Positions 27,825 to 38,076 of a stretch of DNA of 64,000 nt are shown here, piece after piece. The position numbers and the translations under genes are program-made. Positions within the stretch are counted from its first letter, which is position 1; each line of letters begins with the position of its first letter. Source of the stretch: Bacteroidia bacterium (lineage in GTDB: Bacteria > Bacteroidota > Bacteroidia > NS11-12g > UBA955); the NCBI GenBank assembly GCA_041690035.1, contig JBDNFC010000081.1, forward strand, positions 3,586-67,585, read 5' to 3'. The notes under the pieces were generated by a model. The model was not told where the DNA came from, ran no database searches, and saw only the letters and a program-made list of their open reading frames with translations.

Positions 27825-29393
27825 ATGAAATACATAACCCACATTTTTAGGATTTTAGTTGGTGCACTTTTTATTTTCTCTGGATTTATAAAAAGCAATG
27901 ACACCAAAGGTTTTGGAATAAAACTGCATGAATATTTTGAAGTATTTGCAAATGATTTTGAAGCAAAACAAGATACTTTTAGTATTATCTTTACATCACC
28001 ATGGCATGAAGAGGAATATGAAATCTCACTATATGAAGGAGAAAAAAATAAAACGTATACCGTAAATTCTACCCTAAGTGAAGAAAGTTTTGAAGTAATA
28101 TTTGAGGATATTGACTCTGCAACAGGTGTTAAAAAAGAGAGTGTACGGATGGCCAGAGAACTTATCATAGCATGTGCCCAAGCTACAAATATAATATTGA
28201 GAGACACCCTCTATGAAGCAGACAGTTTAAAAGCAGGTGATTTAAAAGTGGCAGCAGCCATCAATAGCAAAAACTTTTACAATAAGACCCATCCATTGAT
28301 TATTTCTAAAATAGAAATAATGGAATCTATTGATGTTTCTAAATATCTTAAAAAAAGCAGTTGGATAGTAGGTTTTTTTAAAAGCCTTGGCGCTTATGCA
28401 GATGGTATCGCAATATTTTTAGTCTTATTGGAATTATTATTAGGGTTTTGTCTACTTATTGGTTTTAAAACAAAGCTAACGGTATGGGCACTATTATTAA
28501 TGACTTTGTTTTTTACATTTTTAACATTTTATTCTGCATATTTCAATAAAGTTACTGATTGTGGCTGTTTTGGAGATGCTATAAAACTAAGACCTTGGGA
28601 AAGCTTCCAGAAAGATGTAATATTGACAGTCCTAATTTTATGGCTATTTTTTACATCACACTTTATCAGACCATTATTTTCTTTGCCATTCTCTAAATCA
28701 TTATTACTTGTTATGATGTTTTTTTGCGCATTTTTTACAATGTATTGTTATTTGTACTTGCCTGTTTTTGATTTTTTAAAATACAGTGAAGGTAGTGATT
28801 TAAGAAAACGAATAAGTACCCCAAAAGGAGAATTAACTCAAGATATTGTAGAAAAAATAATGATTTATAAGGATTCTGCCAACAAAGAAATCAGTATTGT
28901 ATATAATTCTGAGAGAAATAGTTTTACCCCCAATATTCCACTTGGAGCTACTTTTTTTAAATTGGTATCAGAAAAGATTTTAAAAATTGCTTACAAGCCA
29001 GAAATTCATGATTGGTTAAACATAATAGACCAAAATGGCATAGATGTTTCGGATAGCATAATGCTTTCAAAAGGTTATACTTTACTTCTTATTTCGTCCA
29101 GCTTATCAGATGTGCATAAAAATGTTCAACCAAAAATAAATAAACTATATGAAAGTTGGTTGAAAACAAATGCAAAATTTTATGCTTTAACAAGTTCTGG
29201 AAATCCCGAAATTGCAAAATACACAAGCGAAAAAGACGTTAAGTATCCATTTTGTCTTGCCGATAACAAATTGCTCGCATCAATGATTAGATCTAATCCT
29301 GGGTTAATATTAATTAAAGATGGTATTGTTTTAAAGCGATGGAGCTTTAGAAATTTGCCAAAACCAGAAAAATTGGTTGCGTTAATTCAATAA
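27825..29393 (+). CDS. DoxX-family / BT_3928-like membrane protein with C-terminal thioredoxin-like domain
   Basis: DoxX N-terminus ILVGALFIFSGFIKSNDTKGF, CGCFGD motif in the TM core, C-terminal redoxin-like fold without CxxC. Confidence 0.55.
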   Translation: MKYITHIFRILVGALFIFSGFIKSNDTKGFGIKLHEYFEVFANDFEAKQDTFSIIFTSPWHEEEYEISLYEGEKNKTYTVNSTLSEESFEVIFEDIDSATGVKKESVRMARELIIACAQATNIILRDTLYEADSLKAGDLKVAAAINSKNFYNKTHPLIISKIEIMESIDVSKYLKKSSWIVGFFKSLGAYADGIAIFLVLLELLLGFCLLIGFKTKLTVWALLLMTLFFTFLTFYSAYFNKVTDCGCFGDAIKLRPWESFQKDVILTVLILWLFFTSHFIRPLFSLPFSKSLLLVMMFFCAFFTMYCYLYLPVFDFLKYSEGSDLRKRISTPKGELTQDIVEKIMIYKDSANKEISIVYNSERNSFTPNIPLGATFFKLVSEKILKIAYKPEIHDWLNIIDQNGIDVSDSIMLSKGYTLLLISSSLSDVHKNVQPKINKLYESWLKTNAKFYALTSSGNPEIAKYTSEKDVKYPFCLADNKLLASMIRSNPGLILIKDGIVLKRWSFRNLPKPEKLVALIQ

Positions 29394-29406
29394 GTAAACT
29401 AAACCA

Positions 29407-29964
29407 TTGCATCTTCCAATTTTCATAATAGGAATGCCAGCTGCTGGAAAAACCTTTTTTGGGCAGCAGATTGCTGGTAAATTACATATTCCTTTTATAG
29501 ATACTGATAAAAAGGTACTTGAACTTTATTATCAAAAAAATAATGTGAGCTCAACTATTTTAGAAATTTTTAAAAGAGATGGAGAAAAAGCATTTAGAAT
29601 TTTAGAACGTCAAGTGATAAGAAAAATTGAAAAAAAATTCCAAATTGTAGCCTGTGGAGGTGGATTACCATGCTATTTTGATAACATAGAGTATATGATA
29701 AACAATGGAATAGTAATTTACCTTAATACAGAAATGACTATTATTATTGAAAGACATAAGCTAAACTTGCATAAAAGTCCGCTATTAGAAGAAAAAAATA
29801 ATGACCAAATAAGTAAAATTATACTCAATTTGTTTAAAAAAAGGATACATTTTTACAACAAAGGTCAATTGATTGATTTAGAATATAACTATAATATAGA
29901 TAATAAAATATTGATTATCAATAACTTAACAATGGATGTAGATAAGTTTAATGAAAATAAATGA
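29407..29964 (+). CDS. aroK: shikimate kinase
   Basis: P-loop IFIIGMPAAGKTF, IDTD, GGG motifs collinear with E. coli AroK. TTG start is the only start upstream of the P-loop. Confidence 0.8.
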   Translation: MHLPIFIIGMPAAGKTFFGQQIAGKLHIPFIDTDKKVLELYYQKNNVSSTILEIFKRDGEKAFRILERQVIRKIEKKFQIVACGGGLPCYFDNIEYMINNGIVIYLNTEMTIIIERHKLNLHKSPLLEEKNNDQISKIILNLFKKRIHFYNKGQLIDLEYNYNIDNKILIINNLTMDVDKFNENK

Positions 29965-30040
29965 AAAAATCAATGAAAAACTTGTTGTACCTGTCATATT
30001 TTTATATTTTTGAACTGTATTAACTTAATTATATAAAACA

Positions 30041-30313
30041 ATGAACAAATCAGATTTAATCGACAAAATGGCTAGTGATGCCAAAATCACAAAAACTCAA
30101 GCTGCTGCTGCACTAGGTGCATTTACAGAGGCAACTTCATCTGCATTAAAAGGTGGAGACAAAGTAATTCTAGTTGGTTTTGGTACTTTTTCAACCAGCC
30201 AAAGAGCTGCAAGAACTGGAAGAAATCCACAAACAGGAAAAGAAATTAAAATTGCTGCAAAAACTGTAGTAAAATTCAAAGCAGGTACTGAACTTGCTAC
30301 AAAAGTGAAATAA
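30041..30313 (+). CDS. hup: DNA-binding protein HU
   Basis: [11 protein letters not shown]...[29 protein letters not shown] is canonical HU. Confidence 0.9.
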   Translation: MNKSDLIDKMASDAKITKTQAAAALGAFTEATSSALKGGDKVILVGFGTFSTSQRAARTGRNPQTGKEIKIAAKTVVKFKAGTELATKVK

Positions 30314-30337
30314 TACTTTTAAACTAAAAACTACAAA

Positions 30338-30368
30338 AGCTGTTCAATCATTTTGAACAGCTTTTTTT
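30338..30368 (+). terminator. rho-independent terminator of hup
   Basis: AGCTGTTCAA-tcatt-TTGAACAGCT followed by T7. Confidence 0.75.
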
Positions 30369-30377
30369 ATACAAAAA

Positions 30378-30824
30378 ATGAAAGAAAATCTTGATTTTTG
30401 GCAAAAAAAGTTAAAGCCAATCCCTTCTAATATTTTAGATAACATCCTAAAACCTATTATTGAAGAAGAAACTTTAAAAATAGATTGCACTAGCTGCGGC
30501 AATTGTTGCAAAGCTATGCAGCCAGCCTTAGACCAGATAAACGCAAAAAATGCTGCTAATCAATTATCAATTTCAGAAAATCAATTTTATGCTAAATACG
30601 GAGAATATGATCCTATAAATAAAGTTCATTTTATTAAAAGCAATCCTTGTGCATTTTTAAGAGAAAATAGATGCTCTATCTATAGCAATAGGCCAGAATC
30701 TTGCAGAGACTTTCCGCATTTGAGCAAGCCCCATTTTAAATACAGAATTAGAAAAATTGTTGCAAATGCTGCAATTTGTCCAATTATAGAAAACACTTTA
30801 ACCAGATTAAACACAATAGTATAG
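30378..30824 (+). CDS. YkgJ-family Cys-cluster protein (UPF0153, putative Fe-S/Zn)
   Basis: CTSCGNCCK ... NPCAFL...RCSIY...CRDFP cysteine pattern. Confidence 0.6.
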   Translation: MKENLDFWQKKLKPIPSNILDNILKPIIEEETLKIDCTSCGNCCKAMQPALDQINAKNAANQLSISENQFYAKYGEYDPINKVHFIKSNPCAFLRENRCSIYSNRPESCRDFPHLSKPHFKYRIRKIVANAAICPIIENTLTRLNTIV

Positions 30825-30981
30825 TTAGTGCGCGGTTTTATTTATTAAAATCTGCTTCATGCAATTAGCTTTTAGAAATAGATAGAATTTCCTTATTTTA
30901 GGTTATAACCAAAATGTTGAAAAAATTAGGCAAATACACTTGCTAAAAGCACTAATTTTGTGGCTCGCTACATAATAACAA

Positions 30982-31776
30982 ATGAATCAATACGAAAAAC
31001 TTTTGAACCACATCTTAGAAAATGGAGATAAAAAAGAAGACAGAACAGGCACAGGAACCATCAGTATTTTTGGCGCACAACTAAGGTTTAAACTTGATGA
31101 AGGCTTTCCATTAATAAGTACTAAAAAAGTTCATTTAAAAGCAATAATCCATGAATTATTGTGGTTTATTAAAGGGGAAACTAATATTAAATACCTAAGA
31201 GATAATGGAGTGAAAATATGGGACGAATGGGCAGATAAAAATGGTAATCTTGGACCTATATATGGCAAACAATGGCGAAATTGGCCCTTAGAAAATGGAC
31301 AATCAAAAGATCAATTGGCAGAAGCAATAGAAATGATTAAAACCAACCCAAATTCAAGAAGAATTATAGTTTCGGCTTGGAATGTGTCAGAACTAGATAA
31401 AATGGCATTGATGCCTTGCCATTCATTTTTTCAATTTTATGTATCAAATAATAAACTAAGTTGTCAATTGTATCAGCGGAGTGCAGATATGTTTCTTGGT
31501 GTTCCATTTAACATCGCCTCCTATGCCTTGCTTACTATGATGGTTGCGCAGGTTTGCAATTTAAATTTAGGTGATTTTGTGCACACATTTGGCGATGCTC
31601 ACATTTATAATAATCATTTTAATCAAGTGCACCTTCAGCTATCTAGAAATCCTATGCCATACCCTATTATGAAAATTAATCCAAACAGAAAAGACATCAA
31701 TGATTTTATTTTTGAAGACTTTGTTTTAGAAAATTACAATCCTCATCCTGCTATTAAAGCAGAAGTATCTATCTAA
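30982..31776 (+). CDS. thyA: thymidylate synthase
   Basis: [18 protein letters not shown], catalytic-Cys region [14 protein letters not shown]. Confidence 0.92.
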   Translation: MNQYEKLLNHILENGDKKEDRTGTGTISIFGAQLRFKLDEGFPLISTKKVHLKAIIHELLWFIKGETNIKYLRDNGVKIWDEWADKNGNLGPIYGKQWRNWPLENGQSKDQLAEAIEMIKTNPNSRRIIVSAWNVSELDKMALMPCHSFFQFYVSNNKLSCQLYQRSADMFLGVPFNIASYALLTMMVAQVCNLNLGDFVHTFGDAHIYNNHFNQVHLQLSRNPMPYPIMKINPNRKDINDFIFEDFVLENYNPHPAIKAEVSI

Positions 31777-31781
31777 AAATT

Positions 31782-32624
31782 ATGCATAGTGAAATAAAAA
31801 TCAAACTTAAACATCCTTATAATGAAAATGGCGATATTGCAGCCTCTTATCTTAATGATATTGGCCTAGAAACAGTGCAAGAAGACGAAAAATTGTCCGC
31901 TTATATTACCTTAGATACTTTTGATAAAAAAACAGTAAATCAATGTTTAATTGCACTTAAAAGTAAAAATATAATACAAGATGATGTGGCTTTTCACACA
32001 ATTGAGAAAACAAATTGGAATGCACTTTGGGAAAGTAATTTTGAGCCCATAATTATTAAAAATTGTTGCTATATAAAGGCTGATTTTCATCAAGAAACAG
32101 AACTTAATATACCAACTATTACTATTAATCCAAAGATGAGTTTTGGAACAGGGCATCATGCTACCACTCATTTGGCTTTAGAAATGCTAAATACACAAAA
32201 TCTAAAAAATATGCGAATTGCAGATATTGGAACAGGCACTGGTATTTTAGCAATTTTTTCTATAATTAAAAAAGCAAAATATGTATTAGCAATAGACAAT
32301 GATGCTTGGAGTGTTGCAAATGCAATTGAAAATGTTGATAAAAACAAGGTGAGCGATAACATAGATTTACTGCTGGGAGATGCACATTTTATCAAAGATG
32401 AAGCACTTTTTGACTTAATTGTAGCCAACATTAATAGAAATATTCTGCTCAATGATATGCCGGCTTATGCAGAGAAAATAAAAAGAGGAGGAACACTAAT
32501 TATTTCAGGATTTTATAAAGAAGATATATCAGATATAATCGAAAAAGCAACCTCATTAGGTTTGTATAAGTTAGATGAACAGACAATGAATAATTGGGCT
32601 TGTATTAAATTTAATAAAGCTTAA
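31782..32624 (+). CDS. prmA: ribosomal protein L11 methyltransferase
   Basis: FGTGHHATT, DIGTGTGILAI SAM-binding motifs. Confidence 0.85.
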   Translation: MHSEIKIKLKHPYNENGDIAASYLNDIGLETVQEDEKLSAYITLDTFDKKTVNQCLIALKSKNIIQDDVAFHTIEKTNWNALWESNFEPIIIKNCCYIKADFHQETELNIPTITINPKMSFGTGHHATTHLALEMLNTQNLKNMRIADIGTGTGILAIFSIIKKAKYVLAIDNDAWSVANAIENVDKNKVSDNIDLLLGDAHFIKDEALFDLIVANINRNILLNDMPAYAEKIKRGGTLIISGFYKEDISDIIEKATSLGLYKLDEQTMNNWACIKFNKA

Positions 32625-32721
32625 TTATTTTTTATTATTGGTTTCTCAATTTTGAATTTATAAGCATCGCAATAACCCTTAGATACTAAGCACTTTTAAA
32701 AAATATTAATAATTTTATCAA

Positions 32722-32760
32722 TAAAAAAAAGCCAATCTCTTTATAGATTGGCTTTCTTTT
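32722..32760. terminator. bidirectional rho-independent terminator
   Basis: A8-AGCCAATCT-ctttat-AGATTGGCT-TTCTTTT between the convergent prmA and the T9SS hydrolase gene. Confidence 0.65.
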
Positions 32761-32786
32761 ACAGTATTAAAATAAAATAACTACAA

Positions 32787-34265
32787 TTATTCCTTTACAA
32801 TTTTTAAGCTACTTAAACCATTTTTAGTAGTCACGTTTACTAAGTAAGTTCCATTGCTTAATGCTGAAAAATCAACAATTGAATTTAAACCTTTATTTTC
32901 ATTTATAGTTTTAATTACTTTACCAGTAATATCTAATATTTCAATTTTCAAAATATCACTGTTAGCATTAATATTTAAGCTGCCATTAACAGGGTTTGGA
33001 TAAGCATTGGCATCCCCTAATTTTACATCTTTCACAGACAAAGCATAATTTGAAACAAAACCCATAGAAATAGCCATTCTAGGAGCTACATATTTACATA
33101 TTGAATCTATAAAAGCCATTGCTTTCTCTTTGCTCATGTTTGGATTTGATCTCAAGCCATTAGTTACAATAGCTTGTCCATTGGATATATTTGTTTTTAT
33201 AAAATTGGTATCATACCACTCCCATGGTCCAGATGCATTTATTTGACCAAGAATAGTATATAATCCATCAATACCATCTCTGGTATTCAATATTCTTGAC
33301 AAATTGCCACCTACTTTTCCTTTGTATGAAGCATTATTGCCCAATCTGTCTACTTTTTTCATAATATCTCCTCCACCGCTCACTTCCACAACACTGGTAG
33401 ATGTGCCTGGTACAAACACAATGCCTAATCCGTAAGGAGCAAATGGATCTAATAAACCATGCACAGAAACAACAGGTGCTTCGCCACTTTCTATCCAAGA
33501 GCTATCTCCAACAGCACCACCAATGGTAAAACCAAATTTAAAATCTGCATTATGATTTTTCCAATTATCTTTATTTAAAAAAGGTAACCCACCAAATCCT
33601 GCAATATTTCCAAAAACAGCCTCTCTAACATAGGGTTGGGCTGGCATTGAGTCAAAATTGATAAATTTATCAATCAATAACTCACTTGATTTATTCAAAG
33701 AGATTGTATTTATAGCTACATATCCCCCAGTTCCGTTGCCGCCAATTGCAATCTTATTAGTATCTACCTTAAATGGGTTATTGTTAAATGCAGCCTCCTT
33801 AGCAAAAAATCTTGCAGCGGTTTTAGCGTCATGCATAGAACGATAAACTGCTTGCAAAATTGTTGATGTTCTTACCTTTTCATCAGCAGATAGTGCATTC
33901 CATCCTTGACGGTATGAAATATTTGCAACCACATAGCCTCTTTTTGCAAATTCTTTAGCAAATTCTACAGTTGCACTATCAGTTTTATCTCCTGTTGGCA
34001 ATTGGTTTGCAAATCTAGGGATATAGCTTCCAGTATGACAGAAAATGATTAAAGGCCTTTTTGTAGCAGTATCACCTGCTGGCTCATAAACGTCCATTCT
34101 TAAATCTACAGCCATGGGAGCACCGGTAATGATTGTAAAGTTGTTGCCATAAATAACATTTGAGTTTACAGTAACGTCTGTAAAAACTTTTTCAACATAC
34201 CTTATTTGGGCAAACATGCTAATACTAAATAAAGTAATGGTTAGGGTTAAGTAAATTTTCTTCAT
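32787..34265 (-). CDS. T9SS-sorted secreted protein, putative alpha/beta-hydrolase (esterase-like) domain
   Basis: Signal peptide. Central hydrolase-like region (RPLIIFCHTGSY, IAIGGNGTGGY). C-terminal 80 aa are a T9SS type-A CTD (ILDITGKVIKTI...NGTYLVNVTTKNG). Confidence 0.6.
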   Translation of the reverse strand: MKKIYLTLTITLFSISMFAQIRYVEKVFTDVTVNSNVIYGNNFTIITGAPMAVDLRMDVYEPAGDTATKRPLIIFCHTGSYIPRFANQLPTGDKTDSATVEFAKEFAKRGYVVANISYRQGWNALSADEKVRTSTILQAVYRSMHDAKTAARFFAKEAAFNNNPFKVDTNKIAIGGNGTGGYVAINTISLNKSSELLIDKFINFDSMPAQPYVREAVFGNIAGFGGLPFLNKDNWKNHNADFKFGFTIGGAVGDSSWIESGEAPVVSVHGLLDPFAPYGLGIVFVPGTSTSVVEVSGGGDIMKKVDRLGNNASYKGKVGGNLSRILNTRDGIDGLYTILGQINASGPWEWYDTNFIKTNISNGQAIVTNGLRSNPNMSKEKAMAFIDSICKYVAPRMAISMGFVSNYALSVKDVKLGDANAYPNPVNGSLNINANSDILKIEILDITGKVIKTINENKGLNSIVDFSALSNGTYLVNVTTKNGLSSLKIVKE

Positions 34266-34328
34266 ATATTTTTTTTTTAAATTTAAGGTTCAATATTAAC
34301 CAATTTTTAATTAATTTATGAATTTATT

Positions 34329-37121
34329 TTATTTTATATCTAATAACAAAGAGGCATAGGCCAATCTACCCACCTGAGGGCCGCCATATACTTGGTATGC
34401 AAGATTATTTGTTAAATTACTTGCGCCCAACTTAATAGTAATATTATGTTTTTTATAGAACTTGCTTATTTGAGCATCTAATAAATAATAACTCTCAATT
34501 TCGCCAGTAAATTGAGGCGACCCCTCAAATAAAAATCCTTCAATCCATTTAAAATTCATATTAAAAGAAAGGTCTCTTATGCTCCATTTTCTTAGATGAA
34601 TCGCCAGTTGATTTCCGCCAAATCCAAGATTAAACTTGTGTCGAGGTGTATTAAACGCTGGAATCAAGGGGTCTGTAGATCCCATCCTGTTAAACTCGTT
34701 CCATGAATAATTGCCATTGATGATTAAATACTTGCTTAAACTGTATGTTAAACCTATGGCAGCGCCTGTAGTCAGTACTAAATCTTTTGAATTAGTAGCA
34801 ACCCGATATGCTTGGGCAGTAGTTAGCCGATTTAAGGTAGTATCTATTGTAATATCAACCCCCAATTTATACCCTATAAAATTAGTATAGAAACTTGTGT
34901 AGTAGCTTACATCTATTAGCAACTTATCTTTAAAAATCACTCCTTTATACCCTGCCTCTAATGTGCGCACCTGCTCAGGCTTTATGGGGTCTAAATTAAA
35001 ATATTGAAGTAAACTTCTATCTTGTTTATCAATATACTCGACCAAAGACTCTGTTGTAACTAAATTTTTAATTCCATTAATATTGCCTAGCAGTATTGCG
35101 CGTCCCACATTATAATAGAGGTATTGGTCTGACAAGGTAGGATTGCGAATTGCTGATGAAAAAGAGAAACGATAAGTATTTTTGGCATTTCTTAAATAAA
35201 CTAGTGATGCAGCAGGAGAAAAAAGAAGATTGAAGTTTTCATTTTTATCCAGCCTAAAATTCAAAGATGCTTTTAGCTTATCGTCTAAAAATTTTTTATC
35301 CGCTCCACCATATAAACCAACCTCCCTGTTTGTTATTTTTCGATTGCCAGTATCTTCAAAAATCGTTCCCCTTGTATTTGGAGCGTAATACCTGCCGCTT
35401 ACACCCGCAGTAATTACGTAGTTTTTGTAATCAAATTTTCTTTGAGCCTGAAAATGATATAATGCAGATTTATCATAAAACCCGCTACCACCCTCAATCA
35501 ATGATTTTCTGCTGGTAATAAGGTTTAGCATACTGTCAAAAGCGCGTGTGCCAGGGGCAAACCTATCAGAGGTTACTGTGCTATGCGGCAAACCATTTGC
35601 CGAAAGTTCACCATCAGCTACCTTTCTAGCTTCATTATGCAACCTTATTATCATCGTATCATATAATGCCAGCAAAGAATCTGCTATTCTAAAAGCATCT
35701 GGATTGTTAAAAAATTGGCTGGGCCATCCGGGTATTTGTCTTACTTGAGGTCTTCCATTTCTGATCCAATAGCCACTGTAATCTTGGCTCCAATTTGTCT
35801 TATTTTTTGCAGCATCTTGCATTACTAATGCCGTCAGCACAGCATCATAGGTGTTTCCTGCATCCTCGTTAGTGGCATATACTCTAATAAAGCCTTTGGA
35901 CGATTTTAATTCTAGCCTATTCTGAAAAAATCGAATATCTTTTAAACTAAACCTATTTTCTCCTTGATAAACAGTGCTGCCTTCTCCAAAATTAAACTGA
36001 TAATTAAGCTCATTTTTTTTGTCAATTTTATATGCTAATAAAGTATTGTATTTCACATTTCTGGTATTGTAATCCACAAGGTCTTTTTCCCAATACCCTG
36101 TCCTATTAAACCGACCTAGACCAGGATATTGAGCAATGGCATTTAATCCCGTAAAATTATTGTCTGATTTAGGCTGTTCATCGCCATATCTATTTACCGC
36201 ATCATAACCCCCATTATTATTTGCACTGCTAGCACTCTGCGCAGTTGCACTTCTATTATCTGCTGCCCAATCTAATGCACGCATTGTAAAAAGATTTATT
36301 TTGTAAGCAAATTTATCCTCCCCTTTCTTGTTTTTAAATACTTGGGCATACCGCACAGCAAATTCATACAGATTTCTTTCGCCTACTTTTACACTCACCG
36401 TTAGGCCGGGAAAACGCCATGGATCTTTTGTTGTCATATTAATCACTCCATTAAAAGCATTGGGGCCAAAAAAAGCAGTACTTGCACCAGCAAATATATC
36501 CGTATTAAATATGTCTATTTCTGATGCTCCCAAAAAATTACCTAAAGAGAAGTTTAGGCCCGGAGATTGATTGTCAACTCCGTCTATCAATTGCAAAGAC
36601 CTTACTGGACTTGTTGAATTAAAACCCCTTGTATTTATTACCCTAAAACCAAGACTAGCAGTGGTTACATCTACCCCTTTTAAATGCCCCAAACCTTCAT
36701 AAAAATTGGCAGCAGGTGTTGCCTTGATCGCATTAATGCCCATACTTTCTATAGTTAATGGCTGCTCTCGCAGCTTTTCTGATATTTTATCTCCTTTGAT
36801 AATTACGGCTTGTAACAATTTTGCAGCAGGGCTAATAAAAATTTCTAAATTTGAAATAGCAGAATCTACCACAATTTCTTTATCAATGTAGCCAAAATAG
36901 CTCACCTTAATTTTTGCTGGAAAAACAATGTCTTTGGCAATAAAGTTTCCATCAAAATCTGTATAAACAGTTTTAGATTGTTCTAAAAATTTAATTGAAA
37001 CCATAGCAATAGGTTCATTATTAAAAGTATCTTTTATAACACCTTTTAAATTAGATTGTGCAGATAGTGTATTTATGGAAGCGGATATTGCCACCAAAAT
37101 TAATAAGTAGTTTCTTGCCAT
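34329..37121 (-). CDS. TonB-dependent outer-membrane receptor with N-terminal carboxypeptidase-regulatory-like domain
   Basis: 930 aa, signal peptide, CarbopepD_reg-like N-domain, plug (NTRGFNSTSP, FNGVINMTTKD), beta-barrel. Confidence 0.8.
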   Translation of the reverse strand: MARNYLLILVAISASINTLSAQSNLKGVIKDTFNNEPIAMVSIKFLEQSKTVYTDFDGNFIAKDIVFPAKIKVSYFGYIDKEIVVDSAISNLEIFISPAAKLLQAVIIKGDKISEKLREQPLTIESMGINAIKATPAANFYEGLGHLKGVDVTTASLGFRVINTRGFNSTSPVRSLQLIDGVDNQSPGLNFSLGNFLGASEIDIFNTDIFAGASTAFFGPNAFNGVINMTTKDPWRFPGLTVSVKVGERNLYEFAVRYAQVFKNKKGEDKFAYKINLFTMRALDWAADNRSATAQSASSANNNGGYDAVNRYGDEQPKSDNNFTGLNAIAQYPGLGRFNRTGYWEKDLVDYNTRNVKYNTLLAYKIDKKNELNYQFNFGEGSTVYQGENRFSLKDIRFFQNRLELKSSKGFIRVYATNEDAGNTYDAVLTALVMQDAAKNKTNWSQDYSGYWIRNGRPQVRQIPGWPSQFFNNPDAFRIADSLLALYDTMIIRLHNEARKVADGELSANGLPHSTVTSDRFAPGTRAFDSMLNLITSRKSLIEGGSGFYDKSALYHFQAQRKFDYKNYVITAGVSGRYYAPNTRGTIFEDTGNRKITNREVGLYGGADKKFLDDKLKASLNFRLDKNENFNLLFSPAASLVYLRNAKNTYRFSFSSAIRNPTLSDQYLYYNVGRAILLGNINGIKNLVTTESLVEYIDKQDRSLLQYFNLDPIKPEQVRTLEAGYKGVIFKDKLLIDVSYYTSFYTNFIGYKLGVDITIDTTLNRLTTAQAYRVATNSKDLVLTTGAAIGLTYSLSKYLIINGNYSWNEFNRMGSTDPLIPAFNTPRHKFNLGFGGNQLAIHLRKWSIRDLSFNMNFKWIEGFLFEGSPQFTGEIESYYLLDAQISKFYKKHNITIKLGASNLTNNLAYQVYGGPQVGRLAYASLLLDIK

Positions 37122-37198
37122 AGATAATTCTTAAATGAAAAGTGGCGCAAGATATTTAATTTATCTTATAAAATATCTTATTGTACTCAATTTAAAAA

Positions 37199-37978
37199 TT
37201 AGGGCGTATTTAGTAAGGTGGGCAGTTTGCCCTCAGAAACAATTATTTTTGCGTTTGATGATTCGCTCAATTTCAACATTGCCTCTATTTGTTTTAGTTT
37301 TATTATTTGATCTGTTAACCCTTCTGAAAGTATTAATTGGGCATCCCTAATTCCTTTTGCCTCTATTATTTTCCTTTCAGCATTTAGTTTTTCTTGGTCA
37401 ATAACAAACTTCATACGCAATGCATCTTGTTCTGCCTGCAATTTTTGCTCTATAGAACTTGTTAAACCTGGCGGCAATTGAATACTTTTCATCAACACCC
37501 GCTCTACAATTAATCCATTTTTTAGTAATAAATTATTCATTGTAACTAATATAGAATCTTCTATAACTGATCTTAAACCACTGTGCATATCTTTAGCAAA
37601 ATATTGCGCACAAACATCTGATGCGGTAGACCTAAAAACATTAGAAATAATTGGCTCATAATCTAATCCAAGATTAGCTATTAATTGAGGCAAGCTGTCT
37701 TTTTCTACCTTATATAGAATAGAGATTTGAGATTGAACACTCAAGCCCTCTTTACTTGGCAAAGATAGAGAAAGCTCCAAATTATTGGTTCTTGTGGAAA
37801 CTATAACAACTTTTGAAATAAAAGGATTGTAGGTTATTGAGCCTTGAGTTTTTACATCTGTGCTTAACTTACCAATACTTTGTTTAACACCTGCTTCGCC
37901 TGGCCTAATAATTACGCAACCCGATATTAATATTGAGATCATCAATACGTTTACTGCAATGCTCTTATTAATTTTCAT
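37199..37978 (-). CDS. SPFH/band-7 (prohibitin/stomatin-like) lipoprotein
   Basis: Lipobox ILISGC. SPFH domain layout and C-terminal coiled-coil. Confidence 0.65.
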   Translation of the reverse strand: MKINKSIAVNVLMISILISGCVIIRPGEAGVKQSIGKLSTDVKTQGSITYNPFISKVVIVSTRTNNLELSLSLPSKEGLSVQSQISILYKVEKDSLPQLIANLGLDYEPIISNVFRSTASDVCAQYFAKDMHSGLRSVIEDSILVTMNNLLLKNGLIVERVLMKSIQLPPGLTSSIEQKLQAEQDALRMKFVIDQEKLNAERKIIEAKGIRDAQLILSEGLTDQIIKLKQIEAMLKLSESSNAKIIVSEGKLPTLLNTP

Positions 37979-38076
37979 GTCTGTATAACAAAACAGTATG
38001 GCAATTGTTTTAAATTCAAACCGTTATGATAAATTCATCTTTTTTTTTAGGTAGAAAAAAATAATTTGCATTTTAT

